A stretch of 64,000 bases of DNA from Cyanophora paradoxa CCMP329 (Eukaryota > Plantae > Glaucophyta): NCBI GenBank assembly GCA_004431415.1, contig QPMI01000535.1:310001-374000 (forward strand), given 5' to 3'. Positions 20,725 through 32,670 of the stretch are shown piece after piece. A model generated the notes under the pieces. It did not search any database. It was not told where the DNA came from and worked only from the letters and a program-made list of their open reading frames with translations. The first letter of the stretch is position 1. Every line of letters begins with the position of its first letter. Both the position numbers and the translations under genes were made by a program.

Positions 20725-21092
20725 TAGGCGCCGCGGTGCTTTCGTAGCCGCCAAATCGCGCCCTTTGCGAATCAGACCGCGCCGCTTTGTAGTAGCGTAG
20801 AACTACTCTATACGCGCACGGATGCAAAGCATGACTAGTGGAGCCTCACGGGAACGCGCGCCGGCTCTCAGAATGTAGCGGACACCTCGATTTTCGGGCA
20901 CTTGTGCCTATGGCGAATTTGCACTTCTTGCCACGGTTGAGTTAGCTAGTCAAACTAGCACCAACATGCCCGGAATCAAGTTGTGAGCACGTAGCAATTG
21001 AGAGCGCGCCGAGATCGGCTTCCTGTCCAAAGTTATGCGGGGAAAACGGAAGGGGGGGTCTCCGCGAAGTCGCGATCGCCGGTGTTATCGAG

Positions 21093-21147
21093 TCGGGACT
21101 CGGGACTCGGGACTCGGGACTCGGGACTCGGGACTCGGAACTCGGGA
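21093..21147. repeat. (TCGGGAC)n heptamer tandem repeat
   Basis: About 8 consecutive copies. Confidence 0.9.
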
Positions 21148-21229
21148 AATTGCAACTTGCAAGCCGGTCAGTCGCTCAGCGGCTGGTCAGTCATATACAC
21201 ATATATATGCATTCAAGTTTTTGTTCGCA

Positions 21230-21790
21230 ATTTGTCCACAAAATGACCACAAACCCGGTAGCCCCGATGTCCACAAATGTCCACAAAATGCCACCTTTAC
21301 GGTATCCCCCCTGTCACGTTCTGTCACCTTAACCGGTATCCCCCCTGTCACGTTCTGTCACCTTAACCGGTATCCCCCCTGTCACCCATGAATGATAAAT
21401 TAAATAAAATAAAACAGTCGGTTCACATCCGCGATTGGTCGATCGATCGAAAAACACATAAAAAACTACTTTGTGGCATGCTATACGTTTTCGGACTCGC
21501 CGCAATGCGATGACGCCGAATATGTCGGTGACGCCGGTATATATATGTATATGTCGATAAATGAGAAAACAAAAAGAAAAACAAGCGGACGATTTCAGGA
21601 CTTTTCAGGACGATGGGGAAGAATTTCAGGACTTTTCAGGACTTTTCAGGACAATTTGCATATGTGTATAAGTATATACCATAGAAAAATACTACTTTAT
21701 GGCATGCTACATGTTTTCGGACTCGCCGCGATGTGATGACCCCGAATGTGTCGGTGACGCCGGTATATATATGTATATGTCGTCATATAG
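21230..21790. repeat. Cluster of short direct repeats (GTCCACAAA; 35-bp CTGTCAC unit; TTTCAGGAC) and a ~100-bp duplication (21461 / 21686)
   Basis: Visible directly. Confidence 0.8.
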
Positions 21791-22004
21791 AAAAAAAACA
21801 AAAAAAAACAAAAATTCAAAGTTGTGCGGGATTACACACACGGAGGTTCGGACATATATACGAAATATACACATGACTAAATCGTTATTGTTTTCATAGA
21901 ACTCGCATGTTGTTTGCATGTATCTTGCATAGTGGGCGGGGCGCACTGTTTCACACTAAGGTCAATCGATTTTCATAGAGTCTCAGACTGATAACAATAA
22001 GATA

Positions 22005-22228
22005 AATAATAAACTACTTTATAATTAATAAAAACTACTTTAAACTACTCAACTACCTATGTTAAACTACGCAACTTAATACCGGAAACTACGCCATTAA
22101 TACCAAAACTACGCAACTACGCAAGTTTTTCACTTCTCTAATTTTTTTCCCCGCCAACTTCTAAACTTTTTCAGAAAGTTGCGTAGTTGCGTAGTTTTGG
22201 TATTAAATGTGTAGTTTTCGGTATTAAA
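22005..22228. repeat. Copy of the AACTACGC origin-like palindrome, interrupted at 22228
   Basis: Matches the reverse complement of 13684-13932; its continuation TTGCGTAG resumes at 30375. Confidence 0.85.
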
Positions 22229-25200
22229 AGCGATCAGATCAGGCGAAGCCTCTTTCAGGCGAAGCCTCTTTCAGGCGAAGCCTCTTTCAGGCGAAGCCTC
22301 TTTCTCAAACCCAAAAACCGCCGATATAAATTCCTTTTTTAACCTTTTTTTCCACTCAAGATCCCCCCTGCTAAATAATTTCCGCGTCGCACTCCCTCGA
22401 GGACGAATTATTAATTCTGCCTCGACACGGACGCGATTGCCGCTAATGACTCAGCTACCCTAACCCCCACAGACCTCTCTAGATCCATTTTTAGCGTCGT
22501 GGCTCCCCTAAGACGACCGCTCGCCCGTGGGCGTCGCGCGAAAATCGAATTTCCCTCTGGATCAATTCCGGTACTTAACCTCCGACAAATGCAGTCCGAG
22601 TCAGAAGGTGGGACCCGGTCCCGCCCGGTCCCGCGACGAAATCGCGCCAGGGACGCCCCAGAACGATACAGAATGCCGCGCGAGGGCGAGCGCATCGCCG
22701 CAAGCTCGATTTCAAGCGCCGTCGACGCTCCAGTGCGAAGAGTCGGCCGAAAATTTGATCCAGCGCTAGCCGGTCCCGCCCGGTCCCGCGACGCGCGCAA
22801 TCGATGCGTACTGGCGCGCATGGACATAGCAGGGCCTGCGCACCCCCGAAATCCGCTTTTCGGAGCCGGAACAGCGCAGGAAGGTACCCGACGGCCAAAA
22901 TTCGATCCTGCACGCGCCCTGACATCTTTCCGCGCGCCCACGCCGCGGCGCATGCGCGGAACGATAGCATAAGCATTTAAGATGTAGGCAAAGTCTTCCG
23001 CACGCTTTGCGTATGCGACGGGCCGCGAGGACCCAGCCGACCCCGAAAATTCGATCCTGCATGGACCTGCACATCTTTCCGCGCGCCCTCGCCTCGAGCT
23101 CCGCAGCCCCGCACATCGATGCTATAGCTATATGCATTCAAGATTCTGTTTAAGCGATTCGCAAGCTCTGTGCATGCGCCTGGCCGCGAGAACCTTGCCC
23201 CTCCCGGGCCTCCCTCTCAACAATATTATATATAATTCATCTCCTCTAATCTCAACCTGCTCCGGCCTCCCTTTATTTCCTCAGTACATTAATATTCCTC
23301 TAGTTATATTCCTCTAGCCGGCCAGCGGTAGCTGGACTGGCCGTCAGCCGGCCAGCTTCCAACCAGAAAGCTGTTCGCGATCGGCCAGGCCGCTGGCCAG
23401 TGCCCTATAGGCCTACTGTGACAGCCGCGAGGGCGTCCGCGAGGCTTCGCCGTACTTAGTGCTCCGCAGGAGCACGGATCTTGTCTCAAACCCAAAAACC
23501 GCCGATATAAATTCCTTTTTTAACCTTTTTTTCCACTCAAGATCCCCCCTGCTAAATAATTTCCGCGTCGCACTCCCTCGAGGACGAATTATTAATTCTG
23601 CCTCGACACGGACGCGATTGCCGCTAATGACTCAGCTACCCTAACCCCCACAGACCTCTCTAGATCCATTTTTAGCGTCGTGGCTCCCCTAAGACGACCG
23701 CTCGCCCGTGGGCGTCGCGCGAAAATCGAATTTCCCTCTGGATCAATTCCGGTACTTAACCTCCGACAAATGCAGTCCGAGTCAGAAGGTGGGACCCGGT
23801 CCCGCCCGGTCCCGCGACGAAATCGCGCCAGGGACGCCCCAGAACGATACAGAATGCCGCGCGAGGGCGAGCGCATCGCCGCAAGCTCGATTTCAAGCGC
23901 CGTCGACGCTCCAGTGCGAAGAGTCGGCCGAAAATTTGATCCAGCGCTAGCCGGTCCCGCCCGGTCCCGCGACGCGCGCAATCGATGCGTACTGGCGCGC
24001 ATGGACATAGCAGGGCCTGCGCACCCCCGAAATCCGCTTTTCGGAGCCGGAACAGCGCAGGAAGGTACCCGACGGCCAAAATTCGATCCTGCACGCGCCC
24101 TGACATCTTTCCGCGCGCCCACGCCGCGGCGCATGCGCGGAACGATAGCATAAGCATTTAAGATGTAGGCAAAGTCTTCCGCACGCTTTGCGTATGCGAC
24201 GGGCCGCGAGGACCCAGCCGACCCCGAAAATTCGATCCTGCATGGACCTGCACATCTTTCCGCGCGCCCTCGCCTCGAGCTCCGCAGCCCCGCACATCGA
24301 TGCTATAGCTATATGCATTCAAGATTCTGTTTAAGCGATTCGCAAGCTCTGTGCATGCGCCTGGCCGCGAGAACCTTGCCCCTCCCGGGCCTCCCTCTCA
24401 ACAATATTATATATAATTCATCTCCTCTAATCTCAACCTGCTCCGGCCTCCCTTTATTTCCTCAGTACATTAATATTCCTCTAGTTATATTCCTCTAGCC
24501 GGCCAGCGGTAGCTGGACTGGCCGTCAGCCGGCCAGCTTCCAACCAGAAAGCTGTTCGCGATCGGCCAGGCCGCTGGCCAGTGCCCTATAGGCCTACTGT
24601 GACAGCCGCGAGGGCGTCCGCGAGGCTTCGCCGTACTTAGTGCTCCGCAGGAGCACGGATCTTGTCTCAAACCCAAAAACCGCCGACCGAAATTCCTTTT
24701 TAACCTTTTTTTCCACTCAAGATCCCCCCTGCTAAATAATTTCCGTGTCACACTCCCTCGAGGCAGAATTATTAATTCTGCCTCGACACAGACGCGATTG
24801 ATGGACATTACACAGCTGCCCGAACCCCCACAGACCCTCTACATCCATTTTTAGCGTCCTGGCTCCCTAAGACGACCGCTCTCCCGTGGGCGTCGCGCGA
24901 AAATCGAATTTCCCTCTGGATCAATTCCGGTACTTAACCTCCGACACATGCAGTCCGAGTCAGAAGGTGGGACCCGGTCCGCCCGGTCCCGCGACGAAAT
25001 CGCGCCAGGGACGCCCCAGAACGATACAGAATGACGCGCGAGCGCGAGCGCATCGCGGCAGGCTCGATTTCGGGCACCCTCGACGCTCCAGTGCGAAGAG
25101 TCGGCCGAAAATTTGATCCGGCCGGTTCCGGCCGGTCCCGCGACGTGCGCAATCGATGCGTACGGGCGCGCATAGACATAGCAGGACCTGCGCACTCCAG

Positions 25201-28200
25201 CGATCCGCTTTTCGGAGCCGGAACAGCGCAGGAAGGCTCCCGGTGGCAAAAATTCGATCCTGCACAGCCCCGGACATCTTTCCGCGCGCCCGCGCCGCGG
25301 CACATGCGCGGAAGAATAGCATAAGCATTTGAGATGTAGAAGAAGCCTTCCGCACGCTTTGCGTATGCGCCGGGCCGCGAGGACCCAGCCGACCCCGAAA
25401 ATTCGATCCTCTACAGACCTGAAGACCTTTTCTTGCGCGCTCGCATCCTCGCGCATGCGCATCGCTACAATATTCATTTCACATTTTTTTGAAGCCTTCC
25501 ACAAGCTTTGAAGACGCGGAAGAGCACGACAACCCAGCCGACGGTAAAAAATCGATTCTGAACAGACCCGGACATCTTTCCGTGCGCCAACGCCGCGGCG
25601 CATGCGCGGAACAATATGATAAGCATTTCAGATGTAGACAAAGCCTTCCGCACGCATTGCAGATGTGCCGGGCCGCGAGCCGACGCCGAAAATTCGATCC
25701 TGGACGGACCTGCACAGCTTTCCGCGCGCCCTCGCATCCTCGCGCGTGCGCATCGCTACAATAGTAATTTGAGATCTTTGTTAAGCTTTTCGCGAGCTCC
25801 GAGGACGCGACAGGGCGCGAGAATCCAGCCGACCCCGAAAATTCGATCCTGCATGGACCTGCACGTCTTTCCGCGCGCCCTCGCCTCCGCAGCCCCGCAC
25901 ATCAATGCTATATGCATTCGATCGCGAGATTCTGTTTAAGCGATTCGCAAGCTCTGTGCATGCGCCTGGCCGCGACAACCTCGCCCCTCCCGGGCCTCCT
26001 TCCCAACAATATTATAATTAATCTCTTCTCAATCTGCTCCACCCTAGCCTTTATTTCCTCAGTAAATTAATATTCCTCTAGCCGGCCAGCGCTAGCTGGA
26101 CTGGCCGTCAGCCAGCCAGCTTCCAGCCAGCTGCAGAAAGCTGTTCGCGATCGGCCAGGCCGCTGGCCAGTCGCTGAGTGCCCTATACATAGGCCTACTA
26201 TGACAGCCGCGAGGGCGTCCGCGAGGCTTCGCCGTACTTAGTGCTCCGCAGGAGCACGGATCTTGTCTCAAACCCAAAAACCGCCGACCGAAATTCCTTT
26301 TTTAACCTTTTTTTCTACTCGAGATCCCCCCTGCTAAATAATTTCCGTGTCACACTCCCTCGAAGCAGAATTATTAATTCTGCCTCGACACGGACGCGAT
26401 TGATGGACATTACACAGCTGCCCGAACCCCCACAGACCTCTCTAGATCCATTTTTAGCGTCCTGGCTCCCCTAAGACGACCGCTCGCCCGTGGGCGTCGC
26501 GCGAAATCGAATTTCCCTCTGGATCAATTCCGGTACTTAACCTCCGACAAATGCAGTCCGAGTCAGAAGGTGGGACCCGGTCCCGCCCGGTCCCGCGACG
26601 AAATCGCGCCAGAGAGACCCCAGAACGATACACAATGACGCGCGACGGCGAGCGCATCGCCGCAAGCTCGATTTCAAGCGCCGTCGGCGCTCCAGTGCGA
26701 ACAGTCGGCCGAAAATTTGATCCGGCCGGTTCCGCCCGGTCCCGCGACGCGCGCAATCGATGCGTACTAGCGCGCATAGACATAGCAGCGCCTCCGCACC
26801 CCCGAAATCCGCTTTTCGGAGCCGGAATAGCGCAAGAAGGTACCGGACATCAAAAATTCGATCCTTCACAGGCCTGGACATCTTTCCGCGCGCCCGCGCC
26901 GCGGCGCATGCACGGAACAATAGTATAAGCATTTGAGATGTAGAAGAAGACTTCCGCACGCTTTGCGTATGCGCCGGGCCGCGAGGACCCAGCCCACCCC
27001 GAAAATTCGATCCTGGACGGACATGTGCATCTTTCCCCGCGCCCTCGCATCCCCACGCATGCCCATCGCTACAGTATTCATTTGAGATCTAAACGAAGCC
27101 TTCCGCGACCTCTGTGGCCGCGACAAAGCACGAAAACCCAACCGACGCCAAATTTGCGATCCTGGACACTGGGAAAGGCTACACGGGGCGTAACCGGTTT
27201 AAGCTCACAGCGAGCCGCAACAGTTCCGAGGGGCCCCCCCCGGACCCCCCCAGGACCCCCCCAGGCCCCCCCCAGGCCCCCCCGGCCCCCCCCGGGCTCC
27301 GGACAGACCTGCACATATTTCTGCGCGCCCTCGCCTCCGCAGCCCTGCACATCGGTGCTATATGCGTTCGAGATTCTGTTTAAGCGATTTGCAAGCTCTG
27401 TGCATGCGCCTGGCCGCGAGAACCTCGCCCCTCCCGGGCCTCCTTCCCAACAATATTATATAATTAATCTCCTCTCAATCTGCTCCACCCTTTATTTCCT
27501 CAGTACATTAATATTCCTCTAGCCGGCCAGCGCTAGCTGGACTGGCCGTCAGCCAGCCAGCTTCCGAGTCCAGCCAGAAAGCTGTTCGCGATCGGCCAGG
27601 CCGCTGGCCAGTCTCAAACCCAAAAACCGCCGACCGAAATTCCTTTTTTAACCTTTTTTTCCACTCAAGATCCCCCGTGCCAAATAATTTCCGTGTCACA
27701 TTCCCTCGAGACAGAATTATTAATTCTGCCTCGACACAGACGCGATTGATGGACATTACACAGCTGCCCGAACCCCCACAGACCCCTCTAGATCCATTTT
27801 TAGCGTCCTGGCTCCCCTAAGACGACCGCTCTCCCGTGCACGTCGCGCGAATTTCGAATTTCCCTCTGGATCAATTCCGTTACTTAACCTCCGACAAATG
27901 CAGTCCAAGTCAGAACGTGCACGTGGAACCCGGTCCCGCCCGGTCCCGCGACGAAATCGCGCCAGGGACGCCCCAGAACGATACAGAATGCCGCGCGAGG
28001 GCGAGCGCATCGCCGCAAGCTCGATTTCGGGCGCCCTCGACGCTGCAGTCCGAACAGTACGCCGAAATTTGATCCTCCCGGTTCCGGCCGGTCCCGCGAC
28101 GCGCGCAATCGATGCGTACTGGCGCGTATAGACATAGCACGGCCTGCGCACCCCCGAAATCCGCTTTTCGGAGCCGGAACAGCGCAGGAAGGTACCCGAC

Positions 28201-30374
28201 GGCAAAAATTCGATCCCACACGGCCCCGGACATCTTTCCGCGCGCCCACGCCGCGGCGCACGCGCGGAACGATAGCATAAGCATTTAAGATGTAGAAGAA
28301 GACTTCCGCACAGTTTACGGATGTGCCGGGCCGCGAGGACCCAGCCGACCCCGAAAATTCGATCCTGGACGGACCTGCACGTCTTTCCGCGCGCCCTCGC
28401 AGAAGCGCGGCCCTGCAGGCATGTACCAGCACTTGAGAATCTCCGGCACGTCTTGACCGCCCTCCGCATCGCGCCTGTATCGCATAGCTCTTGGTCGCAC
28501 TCCCTCGAGCCAGAATTATTAATTCTGCCTCGACACGGACGCGATTGCTGCTGGTAACACACCCACCCGAACCCCCACAAACCTCTCTACATCCATTTTT
28601 AGCGTCGTGGCTCCCCTAAGACGACCGCTCTCCCGTAGGCGTCCCGCGAAAATCGAATTTCCCTCTGAATCAATTCCGGTACTTAACCTCCGACAAATGC
28701 AGTCCAAGTCAGAACGTGGAACCCGGTCCCGCCCGGTCCCGCGACGAAATCGCGCCAGGGACGCCCCAGAACGATACAGAATGCCGCGCGAGGGCGAGCG
28801 CATCGCCGCAAGCTCGATTTCGGGCGCCCTCGACACTCCAGTGCGAAGACTCCGCCGAAAATTTGATCCAGCCGGTCCGGCCCGGTCCGCGACGCGCGCA
28901 ATCGATGCGCACTGGCGCGCATAGACATAGCAGGGCCTGCGCACCCCGAAATCCGCTTTTCGGATGCCGAACAGCGCAGGAAGGTACCCGATCGCGCGAC
29001 GGCAAAAATTCGATCCTGCACAGCCCCGGACATCTTTCCGCGCGCCCACGCGCGGCGCATGCGCGGAACAATAGCATAAGCATCTGAGATGTAGACAAAG
29101 CCTTCCGCACGCTTTGCCGATGCGCGGGCCGCGGGACCCAGCCCACCCCGAAAATTCGATCCTCTACAGACCCCGCGGGGACCCAGCCGACCCCGAAAAT
29201 TCGATCCTTCACGGACCTGCACATCTTTCCGCGCGCCCTCGCGTCCTCGCGCATGCGCATCGCCACAATATTCAGTTGAGATTTTATCAAAGCCTTCCAC
29301 AGACTTCGAAGACGCGAAAGAGCACGAGAACCCAGCCGACGGCAAAAATTCGATCCTGCACGGGCCCGGCCATCTTTCCGCGCGCCCACGCTGCGGCGCA
29401 TGCGCGGAACAATAGCATAAGCATTTAAAATGTAGAAGAAGACTTCCGCACGGTCTCTAAATGCACCAGGCCGCGAGGACCCAGCCGACCCCGAAAATTC
29501 GATCCTGTACGGACCTGAACATCTTTCCGCGCGCCCTCGCATTCTCGCGCATGCGCATCGCCACAATATTCATTTGAGATTTTATCAAAGCCTTCCACAA
29601 GCTTCGAAGACACGAAAGAGCACGAGAACCCAGCCGACGGCAAAAATTCGATCCTGCACGGACCCGGACATCTTTCCGCGCGCCCACGCCGCGGCGCATG
29701 CGCGGAACAATAGCATACGCATTTGAGATGTAGACAAAGCATTCCGCACGCTTTACAGATGCGCCGGGCCGCGGGGACCCAGCCGACCCCGAAAATTCGA
29801 TCCTTCACGGACCTGCACAGCTTTCCGCGCGCCCTCGCATCCTCATGCATGGGCATCGCTACAATATTCATTTGAGAGCTTTTCAAAGCGTAGCGCAAGC
29901 TCCAAGGGCGCGACAGGGCGCGAGAACCCAGCCGACCCGAAAATTCGATCCTGCATGGACCTGCAGGTTTTTCCTCGCGCCCTCGCCTCCGCAACCCTGC
30001 ACATTGATACTATATGCATTCGAGTTTCTTTTTAAGCGATTCGCAAGCTCTGTGCATGCGCCTGGCTGCGATCGCGAGAACCTCGCCCCTCCCGGGCCTC
30101 AAATATTATATATTTATTCTCCTCTCAATATGCTTTACCTGTTAAAAGCAAGCCAGTCCAACTCTTCCCCTAATTATTAATTCCTTCTCCTAATTAATTA
30201 CATTCCTCTCTAGCTGGCCAGCCAGGCCTCTGGCCGCCAGCTTCCAGCCAACCAGCTGTTCGGCCGGGCCGCTGGCCAGCTGCAGTGCGCTACGCCTACT
30301 GTGACAGCCGTGCGCGCGCGAGGGCGGCCGCGAGGCTTCGCCGTACTTAGTGCTCCGCAGGAGCACGGATCTTG
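22229..30374 (+). mobile_element. Non-autonomous Helitron2/Helentron-like tandem array
   Basis: 5' (TCAGGCGAAGCCTCTT)x4 at 22239-22302. Units start 22303, 23484, 24665 (1181-bp period), 26266, 27612 and ~28500. Most units end GAGGCTTCGCC (inverted to the 5' motif) + hairpin GTGCTCC-GCA-GGAGCAC + GGATCTTG. Internal ~100-200-bp subrepeats. Confidence 0.7.
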
Positions 30375-30845
30375 TTGCGTAGTTTTCATGCGTAGTTACG
30401 TTAAATTGCGTAGTCTACCGGGAGTCCGCATGCATTTAGGTGCGAGACTATTGCGTAGCCTATAAAACGGTCGTGTTTCAGTGCGAAACTATCGCGTAGC
30501 TTCCCTTGTAGTATGCCGGCGCTCTTTTCAGTAGAGAAAGCATGGTATATATCATAGAATCATATTGATATTAATAAGAAACTACTTTATAATATATAAA
30601 CTACTTGAAACTACTCATCTTACCATGAAAAACTACGCAATTCGAAACCAAAACTACGCAAACGAAACCAAAACTACGCAACTACGCAAGTTTTTCACTT
30701 TTCTAAATTTTCCCGCCCCGAGTTTCAAACTTTTTCTGAAAGTTGCGTAGTTGCGTAGTTTTGGTATCTTTTCAGTAGTTCCCGGTATTAAATTGCGTAG
30801 TTTCTTTGAGTAGTTGCGGTAAATTGCGTAGTTTCTATGTGTAGC
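30375..30845. repeat. Remainder of the interrupted palindrome plus a complete copy of the element-1 origin-like palindrome (~30575-30845)
   Basis: TTTCCCGCCCCGAGTTTCAAACTTTTTCTGAAAGTTGCGTAGTTGCGTAGTTTTGGTAT is identical to the reverse complement of ~13741-13799. Confidence 0.9.
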
Positions 30846-30893
30846 CGCACGATCTCGATGCGAAACTCATGCATTTACGTGCTAATCAGTAAG

Positions 30894-31265
30894 GTGTTAC
30901 AGGTGTTACAGGTCTATCCCAAAGTTTCCTATCCCCCACCCCTCCTAGGGCAAAGTTTGGGATGAACCTGTAACACCTGTAACACTGACCTAATTCAGTA
31001 AGAACCTATTAAAACAACAAAATATCAGTCTTAGTATATCATAATAATATCAGTAGTAATTATTTTTGTATTATAACGATCAATTTCGTATCGTTTTCAG
31101 TGCGAAACTATTCACTATCACATATTTTCGATGCGCGCGAAATGTTTTATGCAGCACACGATAATTGTTTACGTTGTTACAGGTGTTACAGGTCTTGCCC
31201 AAACTCGGAACCAAGACCCCACTCCTAGGGCGGACTTTGGGATAAACCTGTAACACCTGTAACAC
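30894..31265. repeat. Two palindromic cassettes with TGTTACAGG / CCTGTAACA iterons (30894-30985, 31175-31265)
   Basis: (TGTTACAGG)x2 - spacer containing CTCCTAGGGC - (CCTGTAACA)x2, twice. Confidence 0.85.
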
Positions 31266-31427
31266 TGAATAAGACCAATTAAAATACAAAAGAATCAATC
31301 ATAATATATCATAGATCTACTTTGTTTTATAGAGAGCCGCATACAGAACGTTCCATGCAGCTCATGGTAGTTGTTTTTGATAAAACGGCGCGTGATCGTC
31401 GCTTTTATATTGAAAATTCAGAACAAC

Positions 31428-31827
31428 ACACATATACAACGCCCGGCTTTTAGACTGAGGCAAGTTATAATTAAACTAAGTTGAGTCACACCTAAACTAT
31501 AATGAATCTCACGAGATATATAAGTCTACTCATCGAGAATATAGCTAAACTTCACATAAACTATACATATTTCACATATTTTATTAAAAAGAAGCTATAA
31601 CCCACGATAAAATAAATTTTTTTTTTAAGATCTACGGTGGGCGTGCCCACTCGTAGTACACAACGAGGATACAAGTCACGGTATCGGGAATCACAGGGAT
31701 AAAATAAATACATATCACAGATAAAATACACACATATTCACGATAGATATATTATAAATACAGGTTATATACTAACGAGATCAATTTAAATAAGCCGAGG
31801 TCTAAAAGCCGGGCGTTGTATATGTGT
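31428..31827. repeat. 28-bp perfect inverted repeat flanking an AT-rich ~345-bp spacer
   Basis: ACACATATACAACGCCCGGCTTTTAGAC at 31428-31455, reverse complement at 31800-31827; no clear TSD. Confidence 0.75.
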
Positions 31828-32670
31828 TCTGCTGTACCTGAGTTTTCATCTTTTGTCCTTGACCGGGTCCGGACTTTCCCATCGAAATCGAGCTCAATTG
31901 CAAGCTTGCCATCGGCTAGGTCGCGACAAATGCATATGTACAACTCAATATCATTCTACGACAGGTCTTCCGCTGGGTCTCGACAACTTCGAATACGGCG
32001 ATCGCGAGCGTCCCATACTGTGCGTTCAATTGCAAGGCATCATCGATATCAATATGTGTCAATCACGCGACGGCGCCAATACGGCGCCAATACTACATTA
32101 TAAATTAAACATTAATTATGCATTCAATGACATGATTAATCCCCTTTCGGACAGGGCCATCCAGTGCCGCGCCATCGGTATCTACGGTATCCTCTAAAAC
32201 TGCTTGCATTTGATGTTAATGAAAAGTTTATAGTTATAATTAATTGAATCCTTTCGCAGCTCGCGAGTGCGACGGCCGTGCTTATGAGCATCGTAGCAGC
32301 GGTGGCGACTGCAGCTGTGCGCACGTGAGCCGGAGTCCCTTCAGCTTTAATTCGAACCCTTCAGCTTTAATTTAACTTGTGAGAGGCTCTAGAATAAAGT
32401 GTTTCTGCACATGGTCGTGCACGTGCACACACCCGTGCTCATGAAGGCACGAACACGGGACTCGGTGCTCGGCCCGGCGGCCAGCTGCAGGCCTGGGCCC
32501 AGGGTGCACTGCGGCAGCTGCGTGCACGCGGCGCCAGCGCGCTCCCAGAGATCTAGAGGCACCAGCTCTCATAATCAAGCTCACCAGAGAGATCTAAGGC
32601 GCTGCTGGGCACCCTCGCTCTGCATCCAAAGTTCAGAAATAAAACGAAACAACAAGCAGGGGGCCCATGA

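Larger units (their letters stand above)
1..20966. mobile_element. Endogenous Polinton/Maverick-like virus, element 1 (left end outside window)
   Basis: Intronless, gene-dense, lower-GC block with MCP, 2 pentons, A32 ATPase, primase-helicase, pPolB and rve integrase. Right end tentatively CCAACA at 20961-20966 (complement of the TGTTG start of element 2); ACTACT at 20802-20807 is an alternative end. Confidence 0.9.

Noticed and set aside
19291-20966. LTR retrotransposon or Ginger element
   Set aside because: No gag, RT or RNase H; the integrase is shared by both capsid-encoding elements.
22411-30180. Many 100-285 aa ORFs in the tandem array
   Set aside because: Overlapping on both strands, Arg/Ala/Pro-rich, not conserved in frame between units; a GC-rich repeat artefact.
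31752-32197. Short ORFs right of the origin array
   Set aside because: No recognisable motif; overlapping frames; cannot be supported.
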